Of a DNA stretch of 64,000 nucleotides, positions 38,538 to 47,199 are shown piece by piece. How positions within the stretch are numbered: position 1 is the first letter of the stretch; each line of letters starts with the position of its first letter. A program made the translations under genes and the position numbers. The notes under the pieces were generated by a model. That model had not been told where the DNA came from, made no database searches, and worked only from the letters and a program-made list of their open reading frames with translations. Source of the DNA: Candidatus Altiarchaeota archaeon (GTDB taxonomy: Archaea; Altiarchaeota; Altiarchaeia; IMC4; SCGC-AAA252-I15); the NCBI GenBank assembly GCA_043813075.1, contig JBDRLL010000033.1, forward strand, positions 15,786-79,785. The letters run 5' to 3'.

Positions 38538-41500
38538 CTAGAACAGGCCTGTGAAGAAGTCCACTATAGTGTCGATGATGCCCTTCTTCCGTGGTTTAGG
38601 CGCCTGCCTCTTTATCGTCGTCGTCGGCTTCATTGTTGTCGTAGTCGGCTTGAGGGTTGTGACGACCTGCATAGTGGTCGGCGGCGACATCAACGTGGTG
38701 GTAGGCTTCACTGTCGTGGTCGTGGGCTTAAGGGTCGTTGTCGTCGGCTTAAGCGTGGTGGTGGGCTTCAAAGTCGTCGGAACCACAGCACCCTCGGCCA
38801 TTATGAATCCTACTACGGACTTGTAGCCGTTCTTAGTCACCTCCAGGTCGTATCTGCCGGGTGTTGTTGGCGTGAAGAAGACGTTGCCCATCGCATCGGT
38901 CCTGGCGAAGAACACCTCAACCTCATCCCTCAACACCTTCACTGCAGCATCCCATATGTATGGTCCCGTACCCCTCTTGTTGTCCAGCCTAATCCTGATA
39001 CGGAGGGGGTTCCCGGCCGGGCCGAACTCTGGAGCATCTATGTAGAGCCTCTTCTTGCTTATGGATCCGCCGCCTGTGGCAGGGGGGTTGAGCTGGCCCC
39101 CAGCCCACACTGAGAACTCGCAGAACGGTATGCGCCACACACAGTATCCGCCTGCACTGCTGATTAGTGCGGCTTCAGAGGTACGGTCCACACAGTTCTC
39201 GCCGTTGTCGTCGCAGTGCCATAGGGAATCGCATCCCCCGCCCGACTCAGGTATCTTAAGCCTGCATTCCTCAGGGTGGAGGTTGTTGATGATCTTGTCC
39301 CTCGTCTGTTGTGGGAGGCCGACGAACCCTATGCCGCCGCTGGTCCCCTGCTTTATCGCTCCTGCGTCGCTTATGGTGCGCACCTTGTCGTTTAGCGATG
39401 TCTTGCTGAGGTGGCAGTTCAGGAACTGCATGAATGTGGTGTTGGTGTTCTTCTCCAGTTTTATGTCCGCAGACCTGCCGTCAGTGTAGTTCGTCCTCAT
39501 CCCCGCGTCCGCACCGCACATCTGGCCTTGCATGTGCTCGTAGGTGCCGTCCCGGTCCAGGTCGTAGCTAACCACCCAAGAGCTGGGCGCCTTTATCCTG
39601 GTCACGAAATTGCAGTACGGGCATCTGTCCGCGCTGGTTGTCGTGAAGTTGCTGCACTTGCTTGTCGTGCACCTGCCGTTGGTGTCGCATATCTGCAGCT
39701 TGTAGAAGTAGGTGGTCGACGCCAGCAGGTCGTAGTCCAGGGAGTTGACTCCGCCGTCATTGTATATGTCCCCGATATGCCATACCTTGAACTCCTTGCT
39801 CAGGTTGCTGAGTATGCCTATGTCATGGATGTACGTCACGTTGCCGGTGCACCCTGAAGTCGTGTTGTAGAACAACACTGAGCCGTTGGTCGGCTTGTTG
39901 GTGTCATACATTATCATCGCCGCGTCTGGATACTCCTCTATCTTGGCTCCAACCAGCATGGGGGTGGAAGTGTCCTCGTATCCTGGAGCATGCACTCCAA
40001 GACCATTGTTCACGCAGAACGATGTTCCATAGCAGAACATGCTCTCGCAGCCCGCTGGAGTGAAGCAGTCCGCGAAATCGACGAAACCCTGCTTCATCAT
40101 GTCGTTGAATTTCGAGGCGTCAGTGCCGTAGCTGAACATGTCTCCTATGTCAAAGTCCACTGAGCCTGGAGTGAACCATCCGGGCATGTCAACAATGTCT
40201 GACGGATTCGTGGCGCTGCCTGTGCAGTTGTCTGAAGCCACGAATATCCTGAAGTCCACTGACTCATTGTATAGTGTCGGATACTTCTTCAAACCCTTCT
40301 TGTCCACGGCAATCATTGGACCGCCAATCTCAGAGCACATCGCCATCTTAAAGTTGGATAACGTGATGTCTGCCGCAGTCCACTGGCCGTCAACACACCT
40401 GAACGCGTTGTATGTTTCTGACACGCTGCCGCCGGTGTAGTTGGCTTGATAGCGGAGGAGGAACTCGTAGCCCATCATGCTGCTGTTGTGCATTAGGCTG
40501 CAGTTACCTGTCTTCATTCCGTCCGTGTCCAGGTATACGAAGAGCTTCAATGGTTCTTCCCCGCTGCCTTGCTGACCCCATGCCTGAAGCATCTGGCCGT
40601 TGCAGACCGCGGACTGGCTGAAGTCGTTCATCATGGCGCCGAAGGCGAACGTGTCGCCCATGTCCTTGATGCCGAAGCCCACTATGTCCACTGAGTTGGG
40701 GGTTGCGTCGCCCATTGCATCCATGCCCAGGGGAGTTGGCGGGCCGCCCTGCATCTTCTTGAAGTTGTCGACACCCATAGCAGGGTCGCAGAGCCCGTCC
40801 ATCCACATGCATCCTTCAGCGCTCCCGCATGTGCCTGCCTCGTTTATCGTGAAGCACTGGGGCTCGCAGTGGTTGTTGGTCCACGTGCAGTAGGCACTGT
40901 ATGTTCCAGTCGTAGTGCATTCACCCTGCGTCTGGTAGGAGTTGCATCTGTTGGCCTTCTCCATGCAGAAGTTGTTCTCCCACAGGCACCAGTCATTGTT
41001 ATCGCATTCTGTCTCGTCGTTTATCTGCCCGCACTTGCGTGTCTCGCAGAAGCTCTGCGGGAACGGGAAGTAGGAGCAGCCTGAAGTGGCGTTGCACGCC
41101 GTCTGGTTGCCGTCGAACTGGAAGCACATCATGCCCATGCCGCCTCCGCCGAAGGAGCCTCCGCCGAATCCTATTGGATCGCAGAATCCGGTTGACCACA
41201 TGCATGTGCCACTCGGAGCGTTGTCACAGTCGTTCTGGGTCTGGTACTGCATGCAGTCCGCCATACCCTCTGGATCGCACCATCCTCCGCCGAAGGGGTC
41301 CTGGAACCAGGCGCATCCCTCGGTCTGCCCGCAGACTGTTGGATTGTTATCGTACTGAACGCAGTCCACGCCGCCTGAGAACGCCTCGAAATCGCAGTGT
41401 CCGCCCACATCCTGACACCACTGGTCATTCTGTGCCTCAGGAGAGTTGCACCACTCGTCCTGAACCCACACGCAGTTCGAGTCGGCGTCGCACGCCTGCT

Positions 41501-43700
41501 CGCCCAGCGGGAAGCATTCCTCGCCCATTTTCCAGTTCATCACGCATTCTCCGCCTCCCGGTGGCTGATGCCATTCGCAGCTCTCGTTTTGAATCCCGCA
41601 AGCCGTCTGGTTGCCGTCGAACTGGAAGCAGAATGCTCCAGCCATATCGCACCATCCGCCCCACGCGTCGGTCATCCAGAGGCATCCGTCAGCGTCGTTG
41701 CATGATGTCTCGTCGTTGTATGCGAAGCAGTTCCCTCCGCCGCCACCGCATGCAGAGTCGCCGAAGCACCCGCTGTCAGCGCAGTCTATAGAGTCATCGT
41801 CATCGTCGTCCACACCGTTCCAGCATACTTCAGTGGCTCCTGAAGCGGGCTGGCACATTCCGGCGCCGTCACTCCATTTGCACGCTCCCGCAGTCCCACG
41901 ACCCATGTTGTTGCAGTCCTCTCGTTCATAGCACCGGTCGCACGCGTCCGCGCAGGTCTTGTCTCCCTTCGGCACGCAGATGCTCAGTGAAGTATCCCAC
42001 TTGCAGTTAGCCTTGCTGTTGTCGCACTCCTTCTGCGGGCTCGGCAGGTACTCGCATCCAGCACAGTCAGTCTGGCAGTCGCCGGCCAGACCCTTCTTGA
42101 GTGCGTCGGCGGGCTCGCAGTATCCGTAGCCGTTGGGTGCGTTAGATTCCTGGATGAACGTGCATCCTCTTGGGGAGTTCTGGCATGCCGTCTGGGCTGA
42201 CGACAGGCTTGTGACGTTGTTTCCGTTGCTGTCGTAGTATTCGCACGCGAAGCACGCCTTCTTGCAGTTCCGCTCCTCATCGAACTTGTTCTCGCATCTT
42301 CCGGCAGGCACTGCAATCCATGACTCGCCGGACTGCTCGCAGTATGACTCCATAATCCACTTGCCGCCAGCGTATTCGCACGACTGCTTGTTGTCTATCT
42401 GCGAGACCTTGTCTGCGCCGGAGTCGCCGCTCTTGAACTGGCATTGGCTTGCCGCAGTATTCCATTCGCAGGGCATATACCATGGGCTGCCCGCTATCTG
42501 TTGGCAGAGTTGCTGGTTGTTGTAGGCGTTATAGTCTTCACAATACATCGCACCTTCGGGGGGCGGTTCTATGTCATCCCAGCATGAGGGGCTGTACGTG
42601 TCCTGGCATGCGCCGGCACTCCACTCGCAGCATGTGGGTAAGACAGGTATCTTGTTGCACATGTCGGAGTCGGTTATGTTAGCGCAGAATATCTCCTCAG
42701 AGCCCTGGCATTCATTGTTCTGCCATGAGCATCCGTCGACGTTACCGCAGGCCGTCTCCGACACGTCGAAGATGTAGCAGCCTGGACTCCACTTGTCAAA
42801 GAAGGTTCCGCCACCTAGCGGCTCGACACATTCCCCCGCATTGAAATCCCAGAAACAGAACATTGTGTCGAAACATTCCCTGTCAGTGGTGAAGTCTGAG
42901 CAGGATTCAGTGAAGTTGCGGAAGCACCAGCCGCCGTTCCCATCCCACACGCATTCGATGCCGTACTGGTTGTTGACGCATCCATCCTCGGTCGCTGCGC
43001 CCTGGAGGGTTATGTTGTCGAAGAGCCAGCACTGCACTTCCTCGCAGTGCCCGCCGCCGGAGGGGGTGAACCAGAAGCAGTCCGCGTTCTCGCAGTTGTT
43101 CTCAGTATTGTATTGGCTGCAGTCCACCCAACCGCAGTATGGGGCGTCCCACTGGCATCCTGATCTGGCGTTGCATGCCGTCTGGTTTCCGTCCAGTTCA
43201 TTGCAGGTTGACTCGTAGCAGTAGTTTGAATTATTGTTCCACATGCAGTTTCCAGCACCCATGCCTTTCTTGCCGAGGCATGATGAGGAGCTCGTGTATT
43301 GGTCGCATGGTATTCCATGGCATATTCCGTTGATGTCCCATACGCAGGTTATTCCAGCAGCATTGTTTTCGCAGGTGTTTGTGTTAGTGTTGTCGAAGTT
43401 CCAGCATCCTTTCTCCTCGCACCATCCCTGCACCTGCATGTCGGTCCTCCAGATGCATGACTTGTTTATGGTGTTGGTGGAGTTGGAGCAGGATTCATTA
43501 GCCCATAGGGCCCAGCAGCCCTTCTGCTCGCACCAGGAGCCCATCGGGTCGTTGCGGTAGTCGCATTCGGAGAAGCTGTTGCATAGAGTCTCGTTTTCAT
43601 CGTACTGGGAACAGTCCTCCACCGCCGAAACAGACAGAACAACATAGAATATGAATCCCAGCGCCAGAATGGAAAATATTTTTCCTGCATTCATTTGCAC
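38538..43700 (-). CDS. Giant secreted Cys-rich repeat surface protein (1720 aa)
   Basis: Signal peptide; many C..Y/F....C.....C.W repeats; FN3-like segment (LLASTTYFYKLQICD.NG); KPTTT tail. Confidence 0.88.
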   Translation of the reverse strand: MQMNAGKIFSILALGFIFYVVLSVSAVEDCSQYDENETLCNSFSECDYRNDPMGSWCEQKGCWALWANESCSNSTNTINKSCIWRTDMQVQGWCEEKGCWNFDNTNTNTCENNAAGITCVWDINGICHGIPCDQYTSSSSCLGKKGMGAGNCMWNNNSNYCYESTCNELDGNQTACNARSGCQWDAPYCGWVDCSQYNTENNCENADCFWFTPSGGGHCEEVQCWLFDNITLQGAATEDGCVNNQYGIECVWDGNGGWCFRNFTESCSDFTTDRECFDTMFCFWDFNAGECVEPLGGGTFFDKWSPGCYIFDVSETACGNVDGCSWQNNECQGSEEIFCANITDSDMCNKIPVLPTCCEWSAGACQDTYSPSCWDDIEPPPEGAMYCEDYNAYNNQQLCQQIAGSPWYMPCEWNTAASQCQFKSGDSGADKVSQIDNKQSCEYAGGKWIMESYCEQSGESWIAVPAGRCENKFDEERNCKKACFACEYYDSNGNNVTSLSSAQTACQNSPRGCTFIQESNAPNGYGYCEPADALKKGLAGDCQTDCAGCEYLPSPQKECDNSKANCKWDTSLSICVPKGDKTCADACDRCYEREDCNNMGRGTAGACKWSDGAGMCQPASGATEVCWNGVDDDDDDSIDCADSGCFGDSACGGGGGNCFAYNDETSCNDADGCLWMTDAWGGWCDMAGAFCFQFDGNQTACGIQNESCEWHQPPGGGECVMNWKMGEECFPLGEQACDADSNCVWVQDEWCNSPEAQNDQWCQDVGGHCDFEAFSGGVDCVQYDNNPTVCGQTEGCAWFQDPFGGGWCDPEGMADCMQYQTQNDCDNAPSGTCMWSTGFCDPIGFGGGSFGGGGMGMMCFQFDGNQTACNATSGCSYFPFPQSFCETRKCGQINDETECDNNDWCLWENNFCMEKANRCNSYQTQGECTTTGTYSAYCTWTNNHCEPQCFTINEAGTCGSAEGCMWMDGLCDPAMGVDNFKKMQGGPPTPLGMDAMGDATPNSVDIVGFGIKDMGDTFAFGAMMNDFSQSAVCNGQMLQAWGQQGSGEEPLKLFVYLDTDGMKTGNCSLMHNSSMMGYEFLLRYQANYTGGSVSETYNAFRCVDGQWTAADITLSNFKMAMCSEIGGPMIAVDKKGLKKYPTLYNESVDFRIFVASDNCTGSATNPSDIVDMPGWFTPGSVDFDIGDMFSYGTDASKFNDMMKQGFVDFADCFTPAGCESMFCYGTSFCVNNGLGVHAPGYEDTSTPMLVGAKIEEYPDAAMIMYDTNKPTNGSVLFYNTTSGCTGNVTYIHDIGILSNLSKEFKVWHIGDIYNDGGVNSLDYDLLASTTYFYKLQICDTNGRCTTSKCSNFTTTSADRCPYCNFVTRIKAPSSWVVSYDLDRDGTYEHMQGQMCGADAGMRTNYTDGRSADIKLEKNTNTTFMQFLNCHLSKTSLNDKVRTISDAGAIKQGTSGGIGFVGLPQQTRDKIINNLHPEECRLKIPESGGGCDSLWHCDDNGENCVDRTSEAALISSAGGYCVWRIPFCEFSVWAGGQLNPPATGGGSISKKRLYIDAPEFGPAGNPLRIRIRLDNKRGTGPYIWDAAVKVLRDEVEVFFARTDAMGNVFFTPTTPGRYDLEVTKNGYKSVVGFIMAEGAVVPTTLKPTTTLKPTTTTLKPTTTTVKPTTTLMSPPTTMQVVTTLKPTTTTMKPTTTIKRQAPKPRKKGIIDTIVDFFTGLF
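38610..38785 (-). repeat. Coding tandem repeat (KPTTT[T]L/V/M), mucin-like stalk
   Basis: Recurrent ggctt..gtcgt/gtggt units encoding PTTLKPTTTLKPTTTTLKPTTTTVKPTTT. Confidence 0.8.
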
Positions 43701-43760
43701 ACCAACAGAACTGCGTTAATGTAGAATTAGATTTCAATAGTATATATATTGTGCGCTATT

Positions 43761-45158
43761 TTATTTTTTTCGTTCGTAGACGCCTGGGAACCTGGTCCTA
43801 CGGTAGTCTTTAGACAGCCCGCACGCCCTCAAGTCTATCAGCGTGTCAGATATTATCCCAGGCTTCTTCTTTTTTATGAGACTGCACGTGTCATAGTCAT
43901 CGTATCTCCCGCCCGTGACCATGTTGTACGTGTCAAGACCCTTCCCATGGTGCAGTGAATACCAGAAGTAGTGGAGGTCCCGCCTGTAGAGGTTGAAGTT
44001 TATGTCCCCGTCGTACACGTAGTCTCCTGCAGACGTCTTGAAAGGCACGAGCTCCACCACCCCAAGCTGCTGCCGGTAGTCTGGGTAGAGAGTCTGCACG
44101 GTTGCCAGGGAATAGAGTAGGGGCACTGAGACCATCGCCAGAACCGCTATAAAACGGTAGGCTGGCCGGATTCTGGGGAATAGCCTCTCCGTCAGGAGTA
44201 TGGACGCCAGTATGGAAATCAACGGTATCAGAGGGAGGAAGTACTGTCGGTGGGGTAGTTTAACTGTGAAAAGGGAGGCGGCAAGCAGGAGGGAGAGGAA
44301 CGATATGGTCTTCACCCCATTCCGGGGGGAGTTCTTGAGCAGGTAGGGTATTGCGAAGAGGCCTATGGCCCATAGGAAGACGTTTATCCATAGGCTGTAT
44401 ATCTGCTGGGTTATGGGGAATGATTGCATGAGGTACACGTTCACCAGCCAGTTGGTGACGTAGTAGTCTTGTAGAGAGCCGGACGCGTACAGTAGGAGTA
44501 GGAACAGGATGAATGGGGTGATGAAAAACAGGGAGTACAATCCGACATCACGCAGCGCCGGAACACGCCTCTCTCTCGAAAGGACGTGGTGCAATAGCAC
44601 GGCGTATATGCCGGCAGCCAGGAACAACGCCTTCTGGGAGAATAGGACCGCTATTGAGAGATAAAGTGCGGACAACGCCAGCCGACGGCTGGAACCATCA
44701 TGCGAGAGGAGGTAGTATAAGGAGGCCATTCCCAGGAGCGTCTGAATCCCTGCTGGACGTACCTCAACCACCTTGTCTATGAAAATCAGGCAGCTGGACA
44801 TGAGGATGATGGACAGCATCCGCGTCTCCGTTGAATCGGAAAGCCTCCTGGAAACCAGGTAAGTTAAGTAGATTATGCCGTAGGCCACTGCGAGCATGAG
44901 CAGCCTGCATGCGAACAGGGTTGTTGTCGTCTCCCCGAACAGGAGGATTACGGGGGCGAGGAGATACCATAGTAGGGGGTTATGATGCTGGAAGAAGTCC
45001 CTGTAGGGGATGTAACCGTTAAGGACATACCATGCGGAATGCACGTGCTCGAACTCGTCGTGGTCAAACACCCTGAAGAAAGAGTTCAGTGAAACGACTA
45101 TGACGCACACTAGCAGGATCCCGTAAAGCGAATTGAGGTATAGCTGATTCTCGTCCAA
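43761..45158 (-). CDS. GT-C fold (ArnT/PMT-like) membrane glycosyltransferase
   Basis: DHDEFEH.H, PYRDFFQHHNPL, EVRP, QYFLPLIP; about 11 TM helices. Confidence 0.8.
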   Translation of the reverse strand: MDENQLYLNSLYGILLVCVIVVSLNSFFRVFDHDEFEHVHSAWYVLNGYIPYRDFFQHHNPLLWYLLAPVILLFGETTTTLFACRLLMLAVAYGIIYLTYLVSRRLSDSTETRMLSIILMSSCLIFIDKVVEVRPAGIQTLLGMASLYYLLSHDGSSRRLALSALYLSIAVLFSQKALFLAAGIYAVLLHHVLSRERRVPALRDVGLYSLFFITPFILFLLLLYASGSLQDYYVTNWLVNVYLMQSFPITQQIYSLWINVFLWAIGLFAIPYLLKNSPRNGVKTISFLSLLLAASLFTVKLPHRQYFLPLIPLISILASILLTERLFPRIRPAYRFIAVLAMVSVPLLYSLATVQTLYPDYRQQLGVVELVPFKTSAGDYVYDGDINFNLYRRDLHYFWYSLHHGKGLDTYNMVTGGRYDDYDTCSLIKKKKPGIISDTLIDLRACGLSKDYRRTRFPGVYERKK

Positions 45159-45206
45159 CTGGAAGCACCATTAAAATAAGAAAACCTAGAGGCTTATATC
45201 CTGAAG

Positions 45207-46550
45207 TCAGACTATCTTCCTGCACTCCAGGTAGTACTTCTTCTCGTCAGCGTGACCCATCGAAACGCTCTTCCTCGGGAAGGCGCCGTGAAGCAGGACC
45301 GACTTGAACAGGCTCTTCTTGGAGTAGCGGGGCATGTAGAATCCCACGTTACCCTCCCTCGATCCCATTGACCGGAGAACATCCTCGCCGTGGACGAACT
45401 CCATTGCGGAACCACTCCTCGAGTCGGTGTATCCGACGAGAAACGCTTCAAGAGTCTCAGTCTCGAAATTGTGCTTAGGATTACCGACGGAGAATATGCC
45501 GTAGCCGTCGGAATGAACGAACGGTATGTTGTGGAGGCCGTCCTTCCCGAGTATCTCAAGGCGTTCGAACATCTCCTCCTCAGAGTCGAAACGCTCGACA
45601 CTGAAGCCAGACCCCTGCCCCTCATAGAAGACGCGCATATCATCGACCATGTCGTTGAAGTCCACGTTGAAGGCAAGACGGTGTATTGCCTCGATGGAGA
45701 GTCCCTCATCGTGTATGTTGATTAGTTCGACCATCGCATAGCGGGCAGGATGGTTCATGACAGCCTGCTGGTCTTCAGCCCCCTTTTTTATCCTGTCCCA
45801 CCTCTTCCTGGCTGCGGCGAAGGAATGGTTCCCATCCCCCATGAGGTAGAGTATTATGTTCTCCGAGCCGCCGACGCCATACTTCCTCTTGAACTCGTCT
45901 GGGTCTGCCATGCGGCGGAGCTTTCCCACCACATCCATTATCAGATGCTCGTCTCCGACAGCGTATCCCCTTATGTGGCCCCCATTCATCATGAGTTTGA
46001 AGTCGAAAAGCTTCTCCAGCTTCTTCTTGAACAAAGGCTCGATAATCTCCTTCTTGTTGTCGTCGATGAGCACGAGTATGTGGGGCAATTCTATGGTGGC
46101 TTTCTCGCGTATCTTTATCCTAGTGTCGAGCTTGCTCAGGTAGACTCCCTCGGTGGTGCGTATTAGGGTCTTAGAATCCTTGTCATAGTCGTATTTCTCA
46201 AGGTCGAGCGCTACTATCAGCCCCCTCCGCTTCTTTCCTGAGGGGAGCGTCCTCTCAACGAGAATGAAGCATTCACGCCCCTCGTCGAGTACACCTTCAT
46301 CAACGTATTCCCGCATGTTCCGGTTGATTGAATCAACAATCGCGCCATATTCGCCGGAATCCAGGTAGGCTTCCGGGAAAATCAAGTGAAGCGTGGATGG
46401 GGATCCGCCGACAAAACCCTTGACCTTCTCCCAGTATTCCTTCTGCGTGTTGTACTGGTCGCATGCTATTACAGACCACTTGGTGAGGTCAACACTCTTG
46501 TTTGGAAGAAGTATCTTCGGAACACACAGGCCGATATCCTCGAACTCCAT
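45207..46550 (-). CDS. DUF1015-family protein
   Basis: WSVIACDQY, LHLIFPE, LDLE.YDY, R.TE, ELPHILVLIDD, GDGNHS.A.A, PRKS.SMG. Confidence 0.85.
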   Translation of the reverse strand: MEFEDIGLCVPKILLPNKSVDLTKWSVIACDQYNTQKEYWEKVKGFVGGSPSTLHLIFPEAYLDSGEYGAIVDSINRNMREYVDEGVLDEGRECFILVERTLPSGKKRRGLIVALDLEKYDYDKDSKTLIRTTEGVYLSKLDTRIKIREKATIELPHILVLIDDNKKEIIEPLFKKKLEKLFDFKLMMNGGHIRGYAVGDEHLIMDVVGKLRRMADPDEFKRKYGVGGSENIILYLMGDGNHSFAAARKRWDRIKKGAEDQQAVMNHPARYAMVELINIHDEGLSIEAIHRLAFNVDFNDMVDDMRVFYEGQGSGFSVERFDSEEEMFERLEILGKDGLHNIPFVHSDGYGIFSVGNPKHNFETETLEAFLVGYTDSRSGSAMEFVHGEDVLRSMGSREGNVGFYMPRYSKKSLFKSVLLHGAFPRKSVSMGHADEKKYYLECRKIV

Positions 46551-46661
46551 TATTAGAACACCCCGCCCCCAGGGAACATACACAATATAACAAAGACACA
46601 TTAATAAATCCTTCATGGAAAAGGATTAAACACCTTGAAAAAACAGGGGGAGGAGGAGGAT

Positions 46662-47180
46662 ATGATGCGCTGGCGCGGGGTGAACCACATTATTCTCACG
46701 GCAATAGCGGCGTCAATCCTCGCCACAGGATGCATTACAACCCAGACCACAGACAGGCTATCACAGGGCGATATTGCCGCCATGCATGAGGCCATCAACG
46801 ACGAATACCGGCTGAAGGCATCCTACGACAGCATATTCAATGACTATGGCCGGCTGACTCCGTTCACGAACCTGCATAGTGCAGAGCAGGAGCACGTAGC
46901 AGATTTGGCTAATCTGTTCGAGAAATACCGGCTTAGGGTGCCCAAAGACAATTGGTCGAAAAGTGGGATACGCTATTCGAGCATAGAGGAGGCTTGCGTG
47001 GCGGGAGTCGAGGCTGAGAGGCAGAATGCGGCCATGTACGACAGACTAATCCCTAACGTGGAGGACCCTGATGTCAGACACGTGTTCGCAAAGCTCCGTG
47101 ACGCGAGCAGGGAATACCATCTGCCGGAATTAGAGAGGTGCGTTAGGAGGGAGCGGATAAGACCCGCGGATTTAACATGA
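46662..47180 (+). CDS. Ferritin-like (DUF2202-type) lipoprotein
   Basis: Lipobox LATGC; DEY..Y, PF.N...AE..H, GVEAE..N..MY, L..AS...HLP; GGAGG SD. Confidence 0.8.
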   Translation: MMRWRGVNHIILTAIAASILATGCITTQTTDRLSQGDIAAMHEAINDEYRLKASYDSIFNDYGRLTPFTNLHSAEQEHVADLANLFEKYRLRVPKDNWSKSGIRYSSIEEACVAGVEAERQNAAMYDRLIPNVEDPDVRHVFAKLRDASREYHLPELERCVRRERIRPADLT

Positions 47181-47199
47181 GACAAACTCATAGATTACG

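Noticed and set aside
38610-38785. Possible CRISPR or non-coding repeat array
   Set aside because: Degenerate in-frame KPTTT coding repeats, no unique spacers, no cas genes.
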